From Giardia intestinalis (taxonomy: Eukaryota): a stretch of 64,000 bases of DNA. The notes below the pieces were generated by a model. That model saw only the letters and a list, made by a program, of their open reading frames with translations, did not search any database and was not told the origin of the DNA. The DNA lies in the NCBI GenBank assembly GCA_000002435.2, contig CM018792.1. One strand, written 5' to 3'. The translations under genes were made by a program, and so were the position numbers. The stretch's first letter is position 1. Each line of letters starts with the position of its first letter. Positions 31,199 to 40,600 of the stretch are shown in pieces.

Positions 31199-31651
31199 AT
31201 GGCCAGGAGGGTCTTCTTTGCTATCGAGGGCGTTGTGAGCCTTGGGGGCGCCCACGTGCTCACCCAGGTGGACACTGGTGCTGTCACAAGCTCTCTGAAT
31301 GCTCGGAACGTGTTTGTCGCCAGGAAGAGCACGGGATCCATGCCTCTATGCGTCAGCTTTACAATGATATCCCGCTTCGATGGCAAGGAAAGGGAATACG
31401 AATTCTTCGATGTCCCAGGTCGGTACTATAAGCAAAATGAGGTTATAGTTGTAATTCCTGCGGTGCTGTGTGATCTGACACCGGTCCCCTACGAAATCCA
31501 ACTATACACTAAACTTCGGGACCGCGCTTCTTCTGTGTATGATCTCAGCATAGGACTAGATGTGTTTAGCCAATTACAAACCCAGTATAAGGTCAGGCCT
31601 TTTCTTCAAGTCACCAATTCAACTGGTCAGATTAACGTCTCAGGGCATTAA
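31199..31651 (+). CDS. Hypothetical 150-aa protein with a retropepsin-like (A2/DDI1-type aspartic protease) signature
   Basis: AHVLTQVDTGAVTSSL near the N-terminus matches the retropepsin active-site pattern (hydrophobic-hydrophobic-DTGA-hydroxy). A later IGLDVFSQL stretch resembles the ILG.DFL flap-proximal motif. The size fits a single retropepsin domain. The ATG sits 1 nt after the cathepsin B AGTAAAT signal. Confidence 0.4.
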   Translation: MARRVFFAIEGVVSLGGAHVLTQVDTGAVTSSLNARNVFVARKSTGSMPLCVSFTMISRFDGKEREYEFFDVPGRYYKQNEVIVVIPAVLCDLTPVPYEIQLYTKLRDRASSVYDLSIGLDVFSQLQTQYKVRPFLQVTNSTGQINVSGH

Positions 31652-32182
31652 AAGCACTATATAGACCTTCCGTATAGATATATGGGGTCACAACTATTAA
31701 AGAGTGGCAATTTCCTTTACTACAAATCTGAAGGGAGCTTCAAACAGCACAAAACTGTCTATTTTCCTTTGATTCCCTACGGAATCTGTATGTCCATCCC
31801 ATTCGGAATATAGTGCCACGGATAGTAGCCCGATGCTCTAGATAGGTAGCTACAAAGCTCGATGAGCGTCTCTGATGTAGCTTAACGGAGGCTGTTGCAA
31901 TCATTGAGCCTCCTCCAGAGCAGCATCCCATTAAAGCATATCAAGACCTCCATAGTGCATGATAACCATGCGTTATAGATGCTCAAGCCACGCTGTACAA
32001 ATCATGATCTTTTCGATTTAGAACACTACAAAACGAAATATCTTTGGTTACAAGACAGATTGGTATTATCTTTTTATCAACATAAATATGTTTCTGGAAC
32101 ATTCATGTAGCGCTGCACTGACCTCTTTGTGTATCCGTGAAGGCTTCAGACCTTGGTAGGCGTGGCATTAGCAAACGACTCA

Positions 32183-33731
32183 ATGGTTGAGCATTAATGT
32201 CTTTATACTTCTGGTTGGCCTTGCGCTCCATCTGGCGACAGAGGAGTGCACACCCGTCTCTGGTGATCAGCCCGACGCTTGCAAGGCCTGTAGCGCCGTC
32301 ATCAACGGCAAGAAGTACTGCTCGCAGTGCAACAGCGGTGGGTCTCAATCTGCCCCGACGGACGGAGTGTGCTTACCAGACAACGCTGTGTGTAATGCAA
32401 AAGCAGAAGGAAAGTGCACCATGTGCACGGGAAGCTCCTTCATGTACAAGGGCGGATGCTATGTAACAACCAAGGCGCCTGGCAATGCAGCGTGTACACA
32501 AGCAGCTGCTGGAGTGTGCACACAAGCCGCGCAAGGATACTTCCTGCCACCCGATGCTGATAGAGATAATGCACACCAATCGGTTATACCATGTGGAGAT
32601 GTTGAAGAAGTGTTGGCTGGAAACAGCCACAAGTACAAGGGCGTGCCGCACTGCACTCGGTGTGACACGCCTGACGCAGCAACCGATGCTAACGCCAAGG
32701 CTGCCACGTGCACGGCATGTGAGGACGGGTACTTTGTAGATAGCAGTAAAGGGTGCACTGCCTGTGATAGTAGTTGTAAAACGTGTGAGGCCACAGGAGA
32801 TACTAAGTGCAAGTCGTGTAAGGATGGCTACTTCCTGGCCGCAGCAGATAATAATCCAGGCAAGTGCATATCATGTGGAGATGTTCAAGGCTCAAGTGGC
32901 TGGAAGGGGGTCGCTGGATGCGCCAAGTGCAACAAACCAGCTAATGCAAACACCCCTGCCACATGCACTGAGTGCCAGGAAGATAAGTATCTGAAGACAG
33001 GTGAGACATCCAGCTGTGTCAGTGTAGAGGAGTGTAAGGATGGATTCTTCCCCACGACTGATAAACAAGGCAAGAAGGTGTGTGCTAAGTGCAGCGATAC
33101 TGCCAATGGTGGCATAGAGGGCTATGCAAAGTGCTCTCTCAAGGCAGCGTCTGCAAGAGCAGGTCCAATAGTTACGTGCTCTGAGTGCACCACAAACAAC
33201 CTGAGCCCCCTGAAGGACGCGTGTCTAACAGTCTGCCCTGCCGGGATGCATGCCAACAGCAAGGTGTGCACCCCCTGCCACGAGTCGTGCGCCGGCTGCC
33301 AGACCGATGACAAGGAGACTTCCTGTACGGCCTGCTACCCCGGATTTATACTCGTACGTGCTGGGGCTACCGATAAGGGCACGTGCGTTAAGGAGTGTAC
33401 AGGAGCAGCTGGAGCTGGTTGTGAAAGCAACATGTGCAATGCCAAGATAGCAGGGTCCAATTACTGCTCCAAGTGCATTACGGGGCAGGCACCCATCAAC
33501 GGTATTTGTACATCCGTAACAAGGTCCGCGAGAGATGCAGTCGGTTGTGCTCCGAGTAATGGAAAATGCACAGCGTGTACAGGAGACTATTTCCTCCAGT
33601 TTGGTGGATGCTATGAAAAGACGCAGTTCCCGGGAAAGATGGTATGTGCAGATGTAGACTCACAAAGAAAGTGTAATAGTTGCTTAAAGTTTGTGATGTA
33701 CATTTTGACGTTGTTGCGGAGCTGGAAGTAG
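32183..33731 (+). pseudogene. VSP pseudogene: start codon followed by a 1-nt insertion, and a 3' truncation that removes the TM/CRGKA tail
   Basis: ATGgTTGAGCATTAATGTC gives M-V-E-H-stop. Deleting the single g restores MLSINVFILLVGLALHLA, a textbook VSP signal peptide, in frame with 514 aa of CXXC-rich VSP body (FMYKGGCY, KTC, GGCYEKTQFPGK). The body ends abruptly (..CNSCLKFVMYILTLLRSWK*) about 170 aa short of where paralogues place the TM helix and CRGKA, and runs into unrelated AT-richer sequence. Confidence 0.75.
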
Positions 33732-34173
33732 ACTGAGAAGATCGATTTGAGGAGATTGAGGCAGGATCCTTCTACACGACTAACATCTGTCTGCAAAATA
33801 TTAACAATAAGAATGTCGGCAATGGCAGATGCGAAAGCGCCTATACAGCGTTCAATATTCTGATCATTTTCTGTGGCACGCTCTTTGCTCTCGGACCCCT
33901 TACAATAGAGTAGTAGTATGGTCGGATAGGATCCTGCACCTGGGATGAGTCCCGCTGTAAGCCCCTTGGTCGTCTTTTGTCGGTCGTCATCTTCATCCAA
34001 CGCCTTGAGGCATGTTCCAAAGAGGTCGTTGAAGAGGGTTGACCTGCTATATGACTGGTCAAGAATAACGACACACGCATAATGAAGGGAGTCAGAGCTG
34101 GGATGCTCCGCGCAAGAGCCATATACTTCTTGCTACATGCGCCCTCGTCTGTAACAAAAGGAGCCTCTATTCT

Positions 34174-35257
34174 TCAATGAATAGGGTCGATACCACTGTC
34201 TTCCTCAGTAAGGTGTTCTTCAGCAGCTTCAACATTTGTACCACCGAAAAGATATACAAGTGGGGGCTTAGACATGTTCGTGGACGTAGAGGAAGTTAAA
34301 GAAACCGTAACATTTGTCGGAGTGGAGCGTTCTGCAAGATGTTCGGATTCCTTATGTTGATCCTCCGCTTTAATTGCAGGGCTATTGAGTGTTTGGAAAA
34401 AGCCAATGATCTTTCTGGTCGTGGGCTGCTCTGCCGGGTCCAGGATGAATATCTTCTCGATGACAGTTCTTACGAATTCATCTGTGATGGCGCCCAAATC
34501 AGGCCTCCACTCATTGTCAAAGACTGCTTTCGCATCCTCTGGCTCCCAAAGTGTGAAAAGCTCGGCAAGCTCATACATGACGACTCCAGAGGCTCAGATA
34601 TCCGAAGCGGTGCTCGTCTCGTATGAAGGTCTCGGGGGCCATGTATGCCGACGTTCCTGCAAAGGTGCCTCCACTATGCAGAGAGTCCTTGCAGGGCCCA
34701 AAGTCTGCGAGCACGATGCGCTAGCCGTCCCTATTCATCAGAGTTGGCGGGCCCGAGGTCCCCGTAGACGAGGCTGTAAGATAAGCTCCCGTCTTCGGCC
34801 GCCTTGCGAGGGTTGTGGGGGTAGGCGAGGGCGTCAGCCATCTGCTCTAGGAGAGGGAACATCAGCCCCTTGGGACTGGGTTTACGAGCTGCCCTGTAGG
34901 CAGTGATAAATTTCTGGAGATCCCTGTGGTGGCGGTCCATGATGACGAAGATGGGTCGTTGCTCCTGATCACCTGGTGATACTTGATGACGCTAGGCTGG
35001 GAGAGTCTTGTGACAGTTTTCAGTTCGCACTCTGTGAGCTTCTTCTCACTACGCTTGATCATCCTCTCCTCCACAGAAAGGCCTGGACACCCATCGATGG
35101 CGCGAACGGCACCGAAGGCCCCTTTGCCTAGCAGCTCGCCTTCGCGCTGATACAGCTCTTCGGGACTGAACATGGGGATGCTATCGGGGCCACTGCCAGC
35201 GCTCTCTGCAGCACGAGTGGGACTCTCACTGACCATGTCATGCGCAATTAGATTCAC
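34174..35257 (-). pseudogene. Protein kinase (NEK-like) pseudogene broken by at least two frameshifts
   Basis: Three consecutive minus-strand ORF pieces in different frames carry, in order: kinase subdomains I-IV (LGKGAFGAV...VIKYHQV) at 34862..35257; subdomains V-VIb (IFVIMD..HRDLQ...ALAYPHN...YGDLG) at 34731..34940; and subdomains IX-XI (MYELAELFTLWEPEDAKAVFDNEWRPDLG...FILDPAEQPT) at 34174..34578. No single frame is open across the whole domain. Confidence 0.65.
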
Positions 35258-37682
35258 GCTTTCTATTACGCCAAACTAACAATTACTGTACTGGGGCCAA
35301 TTTTCGCAGAATCTGTGGATAGATAGCAATCACGGATTCGGTGAGCCTCAGCCTTGCTACCTCCTGGTCGAACGCTTTTCCTGTGCCAGAGAGGGCCCCC
35401 ACCGCCCGAACAGACTAACCCCGATACCGAAGTGGAGCACGTCTAGGCCCGACGGTGGAGAACCCTGGACCCGTTCATCAACAGCAGCCGCCGCAGCCGG
35501 GTCACCTGCCCCTCAGGTATCCCCCCGCAAACGCAGCTCGCCGCCCGGGGCACGACTGTCCGTGGCGGCGGCCAGCCCTTCATCAAGGGGGCGCGGTACT
35601 CAACCATGAGACGGCGCAGACCATGACCTGCAGATGCCGACAGGCATCCGGTGCCCTGTGGCCTGCCATGGAGGAGGGTGCAGGTACCACGAGTCTGCGC
35701 CTTTTGCTAGTGGCCGCCGATGCCCCTCTGCCGGACTATGTTGGCACCTTCGCTGACTCGTGCTGCGTTAGACTCCGGATGCATGTACCGTGGGCTGACT
35801 ACCAAACGCGATCGCAGCCCACATGGAATAGACAAGGCCTGCCTTGCTGACAAGAGTGAACTTCCTCTTCTCGGGGGAGGAGTCCACCGCACGCCTGAGC
35901 AAGAACGTGCATGGCCACCCAGCTTCTTTTGTAGATCAAGCCCAGCGATGGGCGGGACTTGTCGCCGCCGGTCGGTGACGCCACCTCTTCTGTCCGCTTT
36001 CTGGGATGCCACTGGGGCTCAGAGGCAGCGGGCATGCGGGAGGGTCGCCCAACGCACGCTCCCTAGGCCGTGTTGCGGAGGCCGGTCATCACGTATGGAA
36101 GGGGTTCGCAACAGGGCGCCGACGTGGGCAACGCCATGGATACCGCTCTATCCATTTTCAGTAAGCGGCTTTATCCCAGCATATAGTATTCTATGGTCTA
36201 ATTGTCCCATAACAAACCATACAAAAGCAGACCTTGCACAACCATAATCACCCTTAGAATGCATCAGAGTCAACAGGATAGATTCCAAGGGCCCAGAAAT
36301 TCAGTACTCTTGGTGCCTCGTTGTAAAGGGATTGCCAAAAGTATCCACACCACTTAGCCCTTAGTCCTCACAGAGCACTGACGTGGAAATGCAGTGTGGC
36401 TTACCTTTATGGGCTGATCTCCGTTTTCTGGCTTATAGATTAGTAGGCCCAACTTTGTCGATATCCTTAATAACCTTCCTGAAACTCCTTTCTGGATCAC
36501 CACTCTTATGGTAGAATCACGCGTCTGTATGAGCTTTGTGCATCCAGGTCATTCGTGTCATCGGGTCCGAAGACAGGGCCGATAACACGCGCGGCCTGAA
36601 TCCACTTATCATTGACAAAGGATGTATGCCCAGGTGTGAAACCGTGCCACAGCTTTGCATCTGGTGGAAAAGGCAAGACAGCTTTCTCTCATATTGCATA
36701 GGCTCAACTCTCTAACATAGATAAGCACGCTTCAATGTCGTAGTGAGAATAAAAAGGGCCAGCTAGAGGCTCATGATTGCATTGGCCACGACACACACAG
36801 TTGCTATTCCCCAATAGGCATCAGATTTATTCTATTTCACTGAACCTGGGTTGCTAGCCTTTGTCTGAGTAAATCTCCTATGGAAACGCCACCGCACTGG
36901 GTGATCCTCATCCGAATATAGGGCGTTCCGGAGATTCTTGCACAGGCCTTCAGCGAGATCCTCAGCGCGATCCATAGGATGGGATGCGTGCTCTGTACGG
37001 TTCCGCCTGGCCCTTCCCCAAGGGCGAGGCAGGACAACCACGATCAGCAGACGATCATGATTTGCTCCACAAGACAGTTCCAAGGAGCTGCGTCGGGGCC
37101 TTCCTCCGGCTGGGACGCGCTGCACCCTTGGACTCGGTCCCTCGGGGCCCTGAGCATGCTTCTGTGCTGCGCGGGACAGAACCTGCTCGCCAGGAGCTGA
37201 GGAGAGACCCCGCTCATTGCCCATGTCGACGACGCACTTAGCTTCCATAGTAGCAACAGTGACGCGACGGGGCAGTCACAGAGGCGACAGGCCTGGTGAA
37301 GCAACATGGCTCGACGGTCAACACTGGGTGTAGGAGTACGGAGGGACAGGAGGCCTCTCTCCTGGCCGGTCTCAAGGAGCCCCCAGGGCAACCGAGGGCC
37401 GAAGCTAGTGATGGCACTAATCACTCGCCGTGCTGGTTGAGACGGACCCACACGTGACCTATGTGAATCCCTCGACAAGAAATAGGAGTTGGGGTGCTTG
37501 GCTGGCAGAGGCGGACTGATCCTGCCCGCACCGGAGAGTGGTGGCGGCTCACATGAGAGATCACTCAGGTAGTAGGTGACCTCACCCCGGTGACACGGAG
37601 AGTAAATTAGTATCCTAGCCAGATTAAGTATTTTCATTGTAACAATCTTAGTTTGAAAATAATTATAGATTGTACTTCGCAT

Positions 37683-40600
37683 TTACATTGTTAGGATCGC
37701 AGAAATATCCTCATCACTTAGAGCGCCTAGGAGATGTCGCCTATCGGATTCGTCTAATATTAACCCGCTTGTCGGTTCGTGGTATATGCGATTGGGGGCA
37801 GTGTCTTCTAAATTAGGATACTTTTCATATTGCTTGATCATGTAGTCTATGTTTCGTAGCTCGCTATTAACAGCGCGTTCTATAGAGCCTGGAAGCCGCG
37901 GAGAGATTGGTTCGCGGCTAGCTAGCATCGGGCCGGGATCAACTGGGGTTCTACTGAGAGTAAACGACCCCGCAGAATTGGATCGAGGTAACGGCCGGTC
38001 TTTTGCTGGGATGCGGTACTCTGAACCACTGGGCGTGTAGGGTGCACGCGCAGACTGTGGCCGCAGTGGCTGTGTTTGGAGGTCTACTCGTGGAGAAGGC
38101 TGTAGCGCAGGATGAGAGTGATATGCCTCGTGCTGCTTCTGTTGTTGTTGGATGGTTTGCTTGGCAGCTCGTAATTCTGAAACCAGCGTTCTGATCCTGC
38201 CTTTGGCCACAGTCAGCTCTTTGTTGAGGGCCTCCACTTCTTCGGCCTTAGCAAGTACAGCAGGGCTCTTTGTAGACGGCGTACTTCGTCGAGCATCGAG
38301 ATCCTTCTTGAGTCGGACTACGTCTGCATGTAGAGACTTGTTTTTCGCCTGCATCTTTTCGTTTGCCGCGACAACCCCTTCAAGGTTTTTCTGGAGCTCT
38401 GCGAGCTTCTTGTCCTTTTTGGCCAGCGAGTTAGCGTGTTCAGCCTTCAACATTGCTTGAATGTTGGACAGTGCACCTTCGTGAGAGCGCTCTCGCTCCT
38501 GCATATCGGCTATTTGCTGCATAAATCCTTGCACTTTAGCATTTTCGTCGCGTAAAAGCCGTTCTAGCATATTACACTTATCAACTTTCATCTGTATGCT
38601 TTCCATCGCAGACTCTAGCTTTGCCCTCACTTGCAGCAGTTCGCAATCTGCTTCCCTAGCTTTTATTTTCATTTCTTCCTTGAGTTCTTCCACTTCTATC
38701 TGAGCTGCAGTCAGCATATCTTGCATGTTTTTACAGTCTTGGCACTCAAACCGAGGGGTTTGGGTTCCGACCCCAGTAGCCATGGTTGTGATACTATCAG
38801 TATACAGGGACAATGCAACATCTGGAGGCATTGACGTGTTGACCTTGCTATTTAGTGCAGAGAGATTGTGCATCCTATTGGCCAAGTCTTCATATTCAAT
38901 TCGCGAGACAATATCCATGTGAGATAGTTCTGATTGGGAAGACTTGTAGGAGGTATGAACAATCATAGTCTGCACTGATACAGTTACCGTTTTATCAAAG
39001 GTGTCGCTCCTTCTTAGCGATGTAGGCGACCGCACGAAGTGGAGCATTGCAGGAGTTGTAATAGAGGAATCCATAGGGGCGTCTAAATTGACCAGACTAA
39101 CCTGACATCCAATGGAGCTGGCAGTGCGATCAGATTGACTTCCAGAGAACTCGGAGATCTGCTTCTTAGCAGACAACAGTTCTTCCTGGAGAAGCCTTAT
39201 CTTGTTCCGCATAAGATTCTGAACAGATGACGCGCTCATCGGTCCATTTGCAGTTTCTAACAGATCAAGAAATGATAAGCTAAGTTTCTCATCGCCAGTT
39301 GAATCAGAATACATCTGAAGGCTGCTAGACGGTCTTTCACCTAGATTATCCCCAACTTGATGCTGTTCGGCTTTGGTAGGCATGGAAGCTGAGAAAAGCT
39401 TTTCTCTCAGATCCTCATTCTCCTGCTGGAGTTGCAGTACTTTTTCACGTAATATAGTAAAGCGATCGGACATGCGACTAAATTTAGAGAAGACGCGTCC
39501 AAGAGTGTCTCCAAGCCGTACCTTACATGCCTCAGTAGCACCTTCCGGCTCTACACGAACGCCTGATAAAAGCAAGTCCTGTACATCAAATTGCCTCTCA
39601 GGACTTGATAGTTTAGCACTGGCACCTCTACCATGTTCAGTGGGTGTTGTATGAAGAGATTGGAGCCTATGGTACTGAATACACTTCTCAATGTCCACCG
39701 CATAGCTCTCAATAATTGCTTTACAACCTTGCGCAGACCCTGTGTAAGCATTATAAAGTTTCTGGAGCCGAACACGCAGACCAGCCATGTCTGTACATTC
39801 ATTGTGTAAGCTAGTGTTTTCAGCTTGCAAAGCCAGGACCTGGTCCATAAGCTCTTGCTTTTCGTCCTTTAATGTCTTAATTGAGGCAACTAACGCATCA
39901 TACTCAGCTCCTTGTAAAATGTCACACTGAACTGAAGCAGAAAAAGTTTCCTTTTTCGTAGAATATAACTGTAATTCCTTTTCTAGCTTTGTAGTTGTCT
40001 CTTTTGCTTCAATGAGCTGTTGACGAAGACTCTCTTCCGTAGCCTTGAAGGAACGTAGTGCCTGAGTATATAATGATCGAATGTTCGAAAGATTGGATCG
40101 GATTTTGTCCTTCTTGCAGCAGATAAAGCGAATTGCACCCAACTTAAGACTTAAGCGAGTAACCTCACGATAAATTCTATCAGCTAGCTCAGTATTAAGC
40201 TGCTCTAAGGTTGAGATCCTCCTCTCGCATGCGCTTACAATGCGCTTGCTAGATGAAAGAATGAGCATTCCATTCTCTTGGGTCCCCAACATGGAAACAT
40301 CCTCGTGCAGTGTGTGATGGAAAAACGAAGTACCAGCATTAGTGGTTGCTTGTGTAGAAGGAACTGTTAGCCTAGAAAAATCTCCTGTCATATTGTCTGT
40401 CAATGGAGGTAAGGTGATAATCTCTCCTAGTCCTTCGCAAAGGGAAGAGATTCGAGACTTCATCCCTTGAAGCCTTAATTTAAGAGCTTTTAGTTCAACT
40501 TTCTTATCATCTGCTGATAGATTATTGAATGCTTTGGATTCCGCAAAACATGCCTGAAGCTCAGCTTGGAGGCCCTCACTGGGGCGAATAATGACGCCAC

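Noticed and set aside
33611-34122. Two short minus-strand ORFs with faint small-GTPase-like fragments (..IAGQ.., ..ESKERATENDQNIE..)
   Set aside because: The resemblance to DTAGQ and ETSAK motifs is too weak and out of register to call a GTPase remnant. More likely it is part of the degenerate spacer following the truncated VSP.
35258-37682. Possibility that the GC-rich desert is an rDNA fragment or a GilM/GilT retrotransposon
   Set aside because: No recognisable SSU/LSU start or conserved rRNA motifs are visible. There is also no reverse-transcriptase-like ORF (no FADD/YXDD motif in any frame). It is kept only as an unexplained desert in the findings.
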